Assembly: GCA_013416795.1 (NCBI GenBank) | Contig: RQSC01001236.1 | Span: 30,474 to 55,141, forward strand | Source: Prasinococcaceae sp. CCMP 1430 | Lineage: Eukaryota > Plantae > Prasinodermophyta | DNA length: 24,668 bases | Direction: 5' to 3' | Shown here: in pieces, positions 1 to 10,964 of the stretch | Layout: each line of letters opens with the position of its first letter | Position numbering within the stretch: position 1 is the first letter of the stretch | Translations under genes and position numbers: made by a program | Notes under the pieces: generated by a model | What the model was told of the DNA's origin: nothing | The model's input: the letters and a program-made list of their open reading frames with translations, nothing else | Databases searched by the model: none

Positions 1-787
1 TTGCCGCGCGCGCCGCGGCCGACGGGTCGGACGCGCTCGACGCGCGGCAGCCGGGGCTGCTCGCGCGGCCGCGTCGCAACAGGCGCAATGCCACGCTGCG
101 CAAGATGTTCTCCGAGACGCACCTCGGCCCCGAGAACTTCATCCTTCCCGTCTTCATCCACGAGGACAGCGAGGAGAAGGTGCCCATCACGTCGATGCCT
201 GGCGTCTTCCGCCAGCCGTGGAAGACGGGACTCGTCGAGATGGTCGAGGAGGCGCGCGCACTGGGCATCAACAACATCATCCTCTTCCCCAAGTGCGTCG
301 ATCGAGCCCGCGTGCGCTCCTCCCGCGCCGCCCGCGAGGGCGCCCCTGCCCCCCTCGGCAGACCGGCGGACGCGCGCCTCGTCTGAGCAGCACGCAAAGC
401 AGCAGCTGACCGTCCTGCCATGGTCGCCATGGTCGCCCTGACCTCATCCCTCGTGCCCCCCACCCCACCCGCACGCCCCCACGCCGCGCACACATACGCA
501 CGCCCGCCCACACACCAACCAGGGTCCCCGACCACCTCAAGACCAACCTGGCCGAGGAGGCGTACAACCCCGACGGCATCGTGCACCGCTCCATCCGCCT
601 CCTCAAGGAGAAGTTCCCCGACGTGGTGATCTACACCGACATCGCGCTCGATCCGTACTCGTCGGTGGGCCACGACGGCGTGGTCGATACTGAGACGGGC
701 GTCATCCTCAACGACGCGACCGTGCACCAGCTGTGCAAGCAGGCCGTGTCGCAGGCGGAGGCCGGCGCCGACGTGGTGGCGCCCAGC

Positions 788-822
<35 letters not shown>

Positions 823-1303
823 GGCGCTCGACGATGCGGGCTTCCCCGAGGTGGGCATCATGGCGTACACCGCCAAGTACGCCTCCGCCTTCTACGGCCC
901 CTTCCGCGAGGCGCTCGACTCCAACCCGCGCGCTGAGGGCAAGATCCCCAAGGACAAGAAGACCTACCAGATGGACCCGGCCAACTACCGCGAGGCGCTT
1001 CGCGAGATCGAGGCCGACGAGGGCGAGGGCGCCGACATCATGATGGTCAAGCCCGGCATGCCCTACCTGGACGTCATCCGCCTGCTGCGTGACAACTCGG
1101 CGCTGCCCATCGCCGCCTACCACGTGTCGGGCGAGTACGCCATGCTCAAGGCGGCCGCGCAGAACGGCTGGCTCGACGAGCGCGCCGCCGTGCTCGAGGC
1201 GCTCATGTCGCTCAAGCGCGCGGGCGCCGACGTCATCCTCACCTACTACGCGCTCGACGCGGCGCGCTGGCTCAAGGAGGACGCGGAGAAGATCGAGTTC
1301 TAA
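1..1303 (+). CDS. hemB: Delta-aminolevulinic acid dehydratase (porphobilinogen synthase), plant/Mg-type; join(<3..292,523..1303), start upstream of window
   Basis: Frame open from nt 3 gives RPRRNRR..FILPVFIHE..SMPG..IILFPK. Intron 293(GTGCGT)..522(AG) restores FPKVPDHLKT. Motifs DIALDPYSSVGHDG (Asp-rich, no Zn-Cys), APSDMMDGR, AYTAKYASAFYGPFR, MVKP, AAYHVSGEY; TAA at 1301-1303. Confidence 0.97.
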
Positions 1304-1427
1304 TTTGCGGGCGCGCGCCCAGGCGAGGACTGTTATGAATAAGAATGGGCTCGAGTACATACAAAAGAATTTCCGGCGGCGGCGCGCCGCGGTGCACAGG
1401 CAGGCGAGCATGCAGGCAGGCAGGTCA

Positions 1428-2585
1428 TCAGCGCAGGCGGTGCATGGCGAGTTCGTACACCGGGAAGATAGCGGCGCTGCAGACGAAAGCCTTGGCCATG
1501 GTCGCGCCGAAGCCTGCCGCGAAGGCACGCGCGCCGTCGCGCGCGTACACCTCGCGCGCGGCGCGCAGCGGGCCCACCCACGCGCTGCCCGCGCGCCGCG
1601 CCTGCAGGCGCGTCTTGATCACGTCGAGCGGGTAGATGGACGCCTGCCCACGCAGACGCGCCGGGTCAGCGCGCGGAGGCCGCGGCGCCGCCGTCGCGGC
1701 GGCGGCGGCGGCTGCGCCGAGCGCGCGCAGCAGCAAAAGCGGCGACCGCTGCGAAAGCGACAATGGACGACGCACCCACGAGACCATGCCCGCCACGCCG
1801 CCCGCCACGCCTGCCGCCCACGGCGACACGGGGTCCCCGCCGTCCTCGCGCGTGCCCGGCGCGAGGACGTCCAACCCCTTGGCGTACGTGGCGAAGTACA
1901 CGCCGAACGACGGCGCGTCCCGCAGCGCGGTCACGAGCGCGCCGCGGAAGAGCCCGGCGACGCCCTCCCTGGCGACGATGGTGCGCACGACGGCTGCGGA
2001 GAGTGCGAGCCGGGGCGGGCGGCGAAGCGAAGGGCGGTGGCAGGGAGCGGCGCGCACCCGCTCGTCAGCTCGCCGCAGCTGAGGGGGTCACTGGATTGGT
2101 CGGCGAGCATTCGCGCGTCGGTCAGCTCGCGCAGCACGCGCAGCGCGCCGACACGACACTCACCGGACGCCCTCGCCTCCTCCGCGCCGCCCCCACCGGG
2201 CGCCATGAGCTGCCGCTGGATCTTGATCAGGTCGATGGGCGTCACCAAAGCCGTCTGCGCGATGCCCGCCATCAGGCCCGCGACGTACGCCTCGCCGAGA
2301 GTAGGCGGGGGGTCGCGCGCCGCGCCGGTGGCATCGGAGCCCTCGCTTCGCAACGACTGGACGACGCGCACGGCGGCCTCGTACGCTGTGAAGACGGCCG
2401 CGTTCTGGAAGGCCACGCTGTAGAGCGGCCCCGCCAGCCCCTTGAAGAACGAGCGGCCGCCCTCCTGCGCGAGCATCGAGCGGACGCAGTGCGCCACGCC
2501 CGAGTATCTGTGGCCAGGCCGGGCGGGCAAGGGGGGGGCGAGAGCGAGCGAAAGGGTAGGGGGGAAGAGGGGCGCGCGCGCGTGC

Positions 2586-2649
<64 letters not shown>

Positions 2650-3090
2650 GAGAGCGCGCGCAAAAAAAAGGGGGAGAGAGGGATGTGGCGAGTAGCGAAG
2701 GATGAGCGCGAATCGCCGTGCACCGCAGCGGGCCTACAAGTCTCTCCGCGGCCCTCACCTCGCGCCCGCCGAACCGACCGGCCCCTGCTGCTGCAGCCGC
2801 ACACGCACGACGTCCAGCGGGTTGCCCGCGGCGACGCCCGCCGCGCCGCTCACCGCGCCCGCGACAAACTCGCGCCAGTCGGGCGCTGCGCTCGCCAGCA
2901 GCGAGCGCTGCCGCTGCTGGAGCGCGTGCTCGGGCGTGTGGTGCTCCGGGTGCAGGTGGTGGCGCAGCCCGCCCCGGCTTTCACTCGCGGCATCGGCGCC
3001 GCCGCTGGCGCCGCCGCTCGCGCCGCCGACAGACAGGAAGTCGAACTCCAGGCCAAGGCTGCCAGTGTCCTTGTCGAGGCTCTTCAGCAT
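1428..3090 (-). CDS. Mitochondrial carrier family (SLC25) protein, resembling basic amino acid/carnitine carriers; complement(join(1428..1643,1776..1993,2164..2507,2759..3090)), 369 aa
   Basis: Three Px[DE]xx[KR]x[RK] carrier signatures (NPLDVVRVR, TPIDLIKIQ, YPLDVIKTR) plus EG..FFKG and EG..LFRG. Three GT-AG introns are phase-compatible and exons sum to 1110 nt. Confidence 0.92.
2586..2654. repeat. (GA)n microsatellite in intron 1 of the mitochondrial carrier gene
   Basis: About 69 nt of nearly pure GA dinucleotide. Confidence 0.95.
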
Positions 3091-3175
3091 GTCCGGTAGC
3101 TTGTCGAGAGAGCAGCGCAGCAGGCCACGGTGGTGGCGAGCAGCGGCGCTCAACTCTGGATCGTTGGTCACCAGG

Positions 3176-4383
3176 ATGGCGNCCCCCGCGCTGCCGAGGA
3201 GCTCGCCGCGTTCGGCACGCCCGAGTTCGCGGCGCTCGCGGCGGGCGCGGGCGTCTGCGTGGCGTTCGGCGGGCTCATGTCGGGGCTGTCGCTGGGGCTG
3301 CTGTCGCAGGACGCCACCGACCTCGAGGTGATTGCGCGCTCGGGGAGCGCAGAGCAGCGGGCGGACGCCGCGCGTGTCGCCGCGGTGACGCGGTCGCAGC
3401 ACTGGCTGCTGGTGACGTTGCTGTTGTGCAATGCCGTCGCCATGGAGGGCCTGCCGCTCCTGCTGGACCGGTTGGCGAGCCCGGCGCAGGCCGTGGCCAT
3501 CTCGGTGACGCTGGTCCTGCTCGTGGGCGAGGTGCTGCCGCAGGCGGTGTGCTCGCGCTACGGCCTGGCCGTGGGCGCGGCCGCCTCGCCGCTGGTCGCC
3601 GCGCTCATGCGGCTCACCGCGCCCGTGTCGTGGCCGCTCGCCAAGGCGCTCGACGCGGCGCTCGGCACGGGGCACGTCACTCGCTACCGCCGCTCAGAGC
3701 TCAAGGCGCTCGCGGGCATCGAGGGCGAGCGCGGGGGGATCACCGCCGACGAGACGCTCATCGTGGAGGGCGCGCTGGAGCTGGTGGGGAAGTGCGCGGG
3801 CGACGTGATGACGCCGCTCGCCGAGGCGACCCTGCTGGCGGACGACGCGCGCATGGACGAGGAGACGATGACGCGGCTGCTTCGGGAAGGGCACTCGCGC
3901 GTGCCGGTGGTGCGCGCCCCCACCGCACCCGGCGCCGGCGGCGCGCCGCTGGTGGGCGCGGGCGACGCGCGGCTCGCGGCGGGCGATCTGCTCGGCGTGC
4001 TCCTCGTGAAGCAGTGCCTCATGCTGCGGCCCGAGGACGCCGCCGCCGTCTCGGCGCTGCCCATGCGCCAGCTGCCTACCGTGGCGCAGGGCGAATCGCT
4101 CTTCCCGCTGATCGACCTCTTCCAGCGAGGGCGCTCGCACATCGCGGCGGTCGTCGACGACGCGGGCGGCGTGGTCGGCCTCGTGACGCTGGAGGACACG
4201 CTCGAGGAGCTGCTGGGCGAGGAGATCGCCGACGAGACCGACGCCGAGGCGGCCGAGAGCGCCGGCTACGTCGACCGGCAGCTGGCCGCCGCGCGGAGGG
4301 CGCGCGCGCCATGCGCCACAGGGCGCGGCCGCGCTTCGTCATGGGCGACGCGTCCAACGTGCGCGACACGCCCGACGGAATAG
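3176..4383 (+). CDS. CNNM/DUF21 + CBS-pair metal (Mg2+) transporter-like protein, intronless
   Basis: FGGLMSGLSLGLLS, HWLLVTLLLCNAVAMEGLP, LLVGEVLPQAVCSRYGL, DVMTPL, GHSRVPV, GRSHIAAVVD, GLVTLEDTLEELLGEEIADETD. ATG at 3176 is one base out of frame across the N at 3182, so the exact start is uncertain. Confidence 0.93.
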
Positions 4384-4511
4384 CCCTCGCCGAGGACGAC
4401 TGAACGCTCCGGACATCGTAGTCGCAGTGGTCGTAATAGAAACAGCAAAAGGCGCCGCTGCCAGGGCAGAGCTCTCTCGTGCGCGTGCTTGCTTCGCTCG
4501 GTGGCTCCTCC

Positions 4512-6987
4512 TCACGCGGCCTGCGCGGCGGCGCCCTGCTGCGGCGGGCGCATGGGCGCGTACGCGCCCATGCAGTGCGCCTGCCATCCGCCGTTGAATC
4601 GCACGCTGCCCGCCTCGTAGTCGTACACCCAACCGTTGTGCTTCGCGTTCGCCTCGCGCGGCTGTGGCTCGCCCGCGGCGGAGGAGGGACAAGGCGCGAA
4701 CACCAGCTGCGCGTCGTTGAGCATCCGCTTGTCGAACTCGCCGTTGTCCGCCAGCGCGATGCACGCCCGGCTGCCGGCGGCCGCCCCCATCCCCGACGGC
4801 ACGGACGCTGATATGGTGCCCTCGTACGCACGCAGCACGACGTCGTCCAAGGCCTGCGGCGAGTCGCACGGCACGAGGCGCATCAGCCGGTCCGATCCAA
4901 CGCCGGCACACAGCGGCGGCGTCGACGAGTCGGGCGCGAGCGTGCTGCGCAGCGTGAGCCGCCCGCCGCTCAGCGTCCACGCGAGCACGCCCGCCGCATG
5001 AAGCAGGTCGTTGCCGCAGGGCTGCGCCGAGAGCGGCGTGCCCGCCGCGGGCGGTGCGGCGCCGCCAGCGGACAGCGCGCCCGCAGAGGGGTCCAGCACG
5101 CCGCGGACGGCGAAGTCCTTGAAGCCCGCGCGCAGGTAGTCGGTTGTGCCGATGGCGCAGAAGCCGTGCGTGGCGATGGCGTTCATGCCAGACTGGGCGG
5201 TGAGGACCTGTGCGCACGTGACGTCAGCACGCGCATGCAGAGTGCAGCCCACCACCGTGCGCGCGCGTGCATGGATTCGTGCTGGCGTGCGTGCATTCGG
5301 CAACCGATCGGCACGCCCGTGTGCGTGCTCGTACGCGTGAACACGCCTAAGCGTGTGAATGTGTGCTATGCGCAGGCGCCCGGTGTGCACAAACAATCTC
5401 AAAAATCGCACACGCGCACGTACCTTGCGCACGCTCGTCCGGCCGGAGAGGTACGCGCTGGCCGTGTCGCCGCTCACCACCAGCGTGAGGCGCACGTCGT
5501 GCGCGTGCTGCGGCGAAAGCGAGGGCACCACACCGCTGGCGACGGTGGCGCTCCGGTCGTGCACGGACTGCAGCGAGGGCTCGAGGCGCCAGTCGCCGCC
5601 CGCCTCGAGCACGAAGTAGATTCCCACGGGGCGCACGCCGTTAAAGGTGCCGCGGCCGTCCACGCGCGCCGCCACGAAGGCCCCGCCGCCGCGGGTGACC
5701 TCGCCGCCCAGCGATACCGTCGCACTCACGCTGACGTCCTGCCACATGGCATCGCCAACCAGACTGAACGGCACGAGGTCCCCAGACCACGTCACCGGAC
5801 GCTCAGGCACGACCTGAACGAGCGCAGTACGGTTGCCCTTAGGGAAATTGGACGCTCCGGGAATGGGATCCCCACCAGCGGAGTCCTCTGCTGGAGCCGA
5901 ATGCCAGTCGTGGCGGACCTCGAAGGTCCCGGCCTGGTCGGCGAAGTATTGCGTCTGGTCGCCGAAGATGCGCCCGACGCCTTCGTCGTTTTCCGGATCG
6001 GCGTCGTCCGAGGCGAAGGCGACGCTCGTGTACGGGAGGGGAAACGGCTTCGCCTCGGGCCGCGTCTCCGGCAGGTCTATGCGCCCCTGTGCGCCCTCGA
6101 AAGAGTCGAGCGGCGCGACGGTGTACACGCAATCCGTTTCGATCTCGAGGAGGATCTCACCCTCGCAGACAGCGACGTCCGGGAGCCGCTCGAACATGTC
6201 CCGCTCGCCGCCGCCGCGTTTCGAGCTCGCGGGGTAATCGAAGCCGAGGCAGGAGCGCCACACGCCCAACGTGGGCTCCGCGCAGCCGTCGCTAGCATCA
6301 GTCGCATGTTCATCCGAGTCCTCGCGGCGGGGCGCACCGCCGACGCCGCGCATGTTGAGACTGTCTGCGTCAAAGACAAACTTGAAGGTGGCAACCTCCG
6401 GTGCGGTGTCGTACCACCCGAGTGACGGGCGCACGCACGACGAGTGGTACGCGCTCATCTTTTCGATGACCATGGCCCAGTTCGCGGCGACGCCGTCACC
6501 GCTCTCAGGCTCGCGCATCGTCACGTACGAGCCGCCATGTGTGAGCTTGCCACTCCCTTGGCCCACGGGCAAATAGATCCAACCGGGGCGCGTGAACTGC
6601 GTCGTGTGCGCCGCCATCCAGATGGGCGACCTCAGGTTATAGCTCCCCGTCCACGGCTGAGCAGCGTCCATCAGACCGCTAGAGAAGAAGGGGAAGCCGG
6701 AGTAGTAGGAACCGATCAGGTTCCATACGATGGTGCAAGTCATGCCCGCGTCCACGAAATTGCGGTTGATGGCGCGCGCCAGACAGCCGCCGCCCTCGAG
6801 ATCTGCGAACGTCGAGTCGTCCTCGGAGGCCCAGAGCGGCACGCCCGCGGCGCGCGCCGCGGTGGGGGAAGTCGCGCCTGGGTAGTGCACCCCAATAGCC
6901 CCCAGGCTCCCCCTGAGCTCGGCGTCCGCACCGACGGCACCGACGAGCTTGTTGGCCGTGGCACCCCACGAGCCGTCGCTGCCGATG
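4512..6987 (-). CDS. GALC: Glycoside hydrolase family 59 (galactocerebrosidase-like) with a C-terminal Cys/Trp ricin-B-like extension; complement(join(4512..5207,5424..<6987)); 5' part lost at N 6988
   Basis: Colinear with GALC as I recall it: IGVHYPG, LWASED (nucleophile Glu), WNLIGSYY, QPWTGSY, AHTTQFTRPGW, GGSYVT, FADQAGTFE, VGDAMW. In-frame intron 5208..5423 (GTACGT..CAG). Confidence 0.88.
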
Positions 6988-7158
6988 NCGCCCGCCGCAA
7001 CGCCGGTGGCGGCAGCGGTGCGAAAGGCAGCACCCGCTGCGGGGGCTCGGGCGGCCGCGGCCGCGGCTGCTGCGGTGCCGAGAAAGAGCGCGGCGCCCGC
7101 CGACGGGGTGTGTGTGGGTACTGTAGGTATTAGGTTTGGGTAGACCAGGCGCTCGCGC

Positions 7159-7768
7159 TCACTCGACGGGCGCGATCTCCCCGAGGTAGATGGCCTTGTC
7201 GGCGCCGGCGCTGGCGATGACGGGCTCGGCGGGGTGGAATGAGACCTCGGCGACGGCACCCTGGTGGCCGGGCAGCTTGTACAGCAGCTCGCGCGCACCG
7301 TAGTCCCACACGTGGACGTGGCGGTCGCCCGAGCCGCACGCCACGCGCGCGCCGTCGGCCGACCACGCGCAGCGCAGCAGGTCCTGCTCGAAGGTGTGCT
7401 TGTGGCCCGTGAGCACCCTGTCCGCGCGCGCGCCGCCCGCGGCGAAGGGCCGCACGTCCCACGAGCGCAGCGTGCCGTCCATGCCATTGGACAGCAGCGT
7501 GTGCCCGTCGGGGGACAGCGCGAGCCCCGTCACCGTGCCGCCGTGGCCCACCAGCGTCTCGACGGGGCCCTCGTCCGTCCGCCGCAGGTCCCACATGCCC
7601 ACGTCATTATCAATCCCGCCCGTGTACACGCCGTCGCCGCCGTCGGCGAAGGCCACCGACGTCATCGAGTAGCCCCCGGTCAGCGTCATCGCCGACGCGC
7701 GCACGCGCAGGTCCCACACGCGGCACGTCCTGTCGTCGGACGCCGTCGCCACCAGCGGCGGCCCTCGC
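7159..7768 (-). CDS. SNRNP40: U5 snRNP 40 kDa WD40 protein, C-terminal exon only (last ~4 WD repeats)
   Basis: RRGPPLVATASDD, VYTGGIDND, LSNGMD, HTFEQDLLRCAWS, LYKLPGHQGAV..V.FHP, DKAIYLGEI. Exon starts after CGCAG acceptor at 7769; no upstream WD exon was found. Confidence 0.85.
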
Positions 7769-7979
7769 CTGCGCGTGGGGGGGTGGGGTGGGGGGGGGGT
7801 GAGGTTTGCCCGCCACGGGCAGCGCATTCCAAGACGTGCCACCCACGCACCTGCTCGCGCTCACGCTAGCGTATGTGCGCTCGCGCGACGCTCGCTGCGC
7901 GGCCTGTATACGGCGCCGGGGCCGGCCTCCTGGCGTGCGTCGCCGGCCACTAGAGTAGGCTTGAGCCAGATCCACCATC

Positions 7980-8458
7980 CACGTGATACATCTCCTTGGA
8001 TGTGGTGCGCGTGTCACACGTGGACAGCACATGGCGTGCAAACATGCACGGACAATCGATAACATTGCACGTGCAAGCACGCAGCCTGAGTCAAAAGAGT
8101 GCAGGTGCGCGCGTGCCGGCCCCACGGCTCGCAGCCCAGCGTGCCGCCGTGCCTCTGCGCGGTGCGCCGTACAGCCTGGACCCTGGATGCGCGCGCGTGG
8201 AATCAGAGGGCGTTCGAAGTTTGTCATCGAAGACTGTCGGTCGTTGCTCATTGCCGAGACTGTTATGAGTTCCTGCATTTGGCGACGCGGTGCCACGTGG
8301 CGACTCACGTGGCAGATATTATTCTTCTCGCGGCACGCCGTCTCTAGAGAGGCGCTGCGCGCGGTCGCAGCATGCTGCCCGCGGAGGCACACAGAGCGCG
8401 GCTTGCACGGGGCGGGCGGCGGCAGGTGCGGCGCGTGCGCGCCTGCGCTGGCCACGTG
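7980..8458. promoter_or_regulatory. Cluster of six CACGTG (G-box/E-box) motifs in the divergent intergenic region
   Basis: CACGTG at 7980, 8017, 8068, 8294, 8306, 8453, including palindromes TTGCACGTGCAA (8065-8076) and GCCACGTGGC (8292-8301). Function is inferred. Confidence 0.35.
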
Positions 8459-8620
8459 CGCGTCGCGCGAGCGGCGGGCCTGCTCGGCTGCCGCGGCGCC
8501 GCCGCCGCCGCTGGGCGGTGTGTGTCATCCGCCTCAATTTTTGGTCCGCGGCGGCTGTTGACATTGTTGCGGCGCGGCGCGTGCTGTAGGGTCCTTCAGA
8601 GAAGCTCGCTCGTGGCTATC

Positions 8621-9047
8621 ATGTCGGCGGCCGAGGGTGGCGAGACAGGTGCGGAGGCCGTGCCTCCCAGCCGCATGCCTGCTGCGTCGGTCGGCACCGA
8701 GCCCACCGATGAGACGGCCATTCAGATCGACGCCGACAACAAAGGTGATGCCACGACGCCGCAGGAGGCCGCCGAGGACTACGAGCCGCCCGAGATCGCG
8801 CCGATAAACAAGCCGCCCATCCATCCCGGTGACCTGCCGGTGTGGCTCGCCGCCCACCTTGGGCGCACGAAGATGGCCAGGGCCGGGTCGCCGTTCATCG
8901 TGGAATTTACTGGGACTCTGTTTTTGGTGCGTGCGCGCGATGGGTCGTAGCAAGCGATCGATTGTGTGTTGGCGGCTGACCCTGTGCCCGCTTCCCCTGT
9001 CGTCCGACCCCTTTGGTCTCTGCAGACACTGGTGGTGGCGATGACCG
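8621..9047 (+). CDS. Probable MIP/aquaporin, 5' fragment with long acidic N-terminus; join(8621..8926,9026..>9047), cut at N 9048
   Basis: Splicing GTGCGT(8927)..CTGCAG(9025) gives FIVEFTGTLFLTLVVAMT, matching the MIP TM1 EFxGT motif. No NPA motif is visible because the gene is truncated. Confidence 0.5.
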
Positions 9048-9048
9048 N

Positions 9049-10335
9049 GCGGGCGCGCGCACACGCGGCGCGCGCGCGCGCGCGCGTCGTCGCGCTTCCC
9101 GCTGTCGCACGTGCTCAAGGGCCAGCAGTTCACGCCGGAGCTGCTGGAGGTGCTCTTCGATGAGGCCGACCTGATGGCGTCCGTGAAGCCCGGCACGCCC
9201 GAGTCGCGCGTGCTCGACGGCTACATCATGGCATCGCTCTTCTACGAGCCGTCGACGCGCACGCGCCTCTCGTTCGAGGCGGCGATGTGCCGCCTCGGCG
9301 GCAGCGTGATCACCACCGAGAACGCCGTGGAGTTCTCGTCCGCGGCCAAGGTACGCCGCAAGCGCTCGCTCGCGCGCGCGCGCGCGCGCATACACACGCG
9401 CAGCGCAGCACACGCACAGCACACGCACAGCACACGCACAGCACACGCACAGCACGCGCGTCCGCTGACGCGCGCGCGCGCGCGCCCCGCCAAGGGCGAG
9501 ACCTTGGAGGACTCCATCCGCACCGTCGAGCTCTACTCCGACGTGATCGTGCTGCGCCACTTCGCGAGCGGCAGCGCGGGCGCCGCCGCGGCGGCGCTCG
9601 GCGAGAGGGACGGCGACGGCCCGCACACGCCGCTCATCAACGCGGGCGACGGGCCGGGCCAGCACCCGTCGCAGGCGCTGCTCGACGTGTACACCATCCG
9701 CAAGGAGCTCGGCCGCCTCGACAACCTCACGGTGGGCCTGGTGGGCGACCTCGCCAACGGGCGCACCGTGCGCTCGCTGGTGTACCTGCTGGGCAAGTAC
9801 ACAAACATCAAGTTCTACTTCGTGGCGCCCGACGTGGTGCGCATGAAGGACGACATCAAGGAGTACCTCGACGAGGTGGGCATGGAGTGGGAGGAGGCGG
9901 ACGACCTCATGGCCGTCGCCAGCCAGTGCGACGTGCTCTACCAGACGCGCATCCAGAAGGAGCGCTTCGGCGACCGCGTGGAGGACTACGAGTCGGCGCG
10001 CGGCAAGTACATCATCGACAACGAGGTGATGGCGGTGCTGCCGCAGGAGGCGTGCGTGATGCACCCGCTGCCGCGCGTCGACGAGATCGCGCCGGAGGTC
10101 GACGCCGACCCGCGCGCCGCCTACTTCCGCCAGGCGCAGAACGGGCTCTTCATCAGGATGGTGCGCGCGGCGCGCACGCGCACGCGCGCGAGCGGGCGCG
10201 GCGCTCGACTCGACTCGCGGCGTGCGTGCGCCTCGCGCGCGCTGACGCCCACGGTCGCGTCCGCCACCCGCCCCCCCATCCACCCCACGCGCTCGCGCTC
10301 CGCAGGCGCTGCTCAAGCTGCTGCTGCTCTCCTGA
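9049..10335 (+). CDS. pyrB: Aspartate carbamoyltransferase, plant type; join(<9049..9350,9495..10160,10306..10335); start lost at N 9048
   Basis: FYEPSTRTRLSF, SSAAKGETLED, INAGDGPGQHPSQALLD, VGDLANGRTVRSL, YQTRIQKERF, MHPLPRVDEI, YFRQAQNGLFIRMALL after two GT-AG introns. Confidence 0.96.
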
Positions 10336-10546
10336 GGGCGCCGCGGGGCGCGGCGGGCGCTCGCGCGCGAGCTCTGTAGAGACCCGGCTGCGCCGCTGCG
10401 CGCGCAGCTAAGACGTCCTGCCGCGCCACGTCGGACATTACGCGCGCGCGCGCGCGCGCGAGGCCGAAGCGCGACCGACGCCCGCTGGGGCGCGCCGCCG
10501 TTGTCGGGGCGAGCCCCAGCGAGGGCGCCGATGCGGAGCGTCCGCC

Positions 10547-10923
10547 TCACTCGAGCATCATGGAGAGGGGCGTGGGCAGCGACACCTTGCCGAGCAGCCC
10601 CCCGACCTCCTCCCCAAGCGGCGGGTGCAGCCAGCCGCCCTCGCCGAAGTTTACCTCCACCTCGGCGACGCCCGCCGCCGCGCGCGTGCCGCGCGTGAAC
10701 AGCGACACCGCCGGGTACAGCGTGCGCCCGCCCACGGCCACGGACCCGAAGGCGCCGTCTGGCACCCCGTTGCGGTAGAAGAGGATCTCGGCGGTTTGCG
10801 GGCCTCCGCCCTTGGCCTGGCGGCCGCCACCGACGCCACCCGCGCCATCGCCGCCCTCGTCCTCGTCGCCGTCGTCGCCGCCGCCGTCGCTCCCGCCGCC
10901 GCCGCTCCCGCCGCCGCCATCGC
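10547..10923 (-). CDS. 3' fragment of a SPRY-domain protein (ASH2/TRAUCO-like C-terminus) preceded by a Gly/Asp-rich linker
   Basis: EILFYRNG..AF..YPAVSLF..VEVNFG resembles the last SPRY strands. TGA at 10547-10549 and a possible acceptor TTCTCAG ending at 10924. Confidence 0.5.
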
Positions 10924-10964
10924 CTGAGAAGCCCCAGGAACCTCCGCTGCAGACGCTGATAGCA

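Noticed and set aside
8621-10335. Aquaporin-ATCase gene fusion
   Set aside because: The junction is exactly the single N at 9048; two truncated genes across a collapsed gap is simpler.
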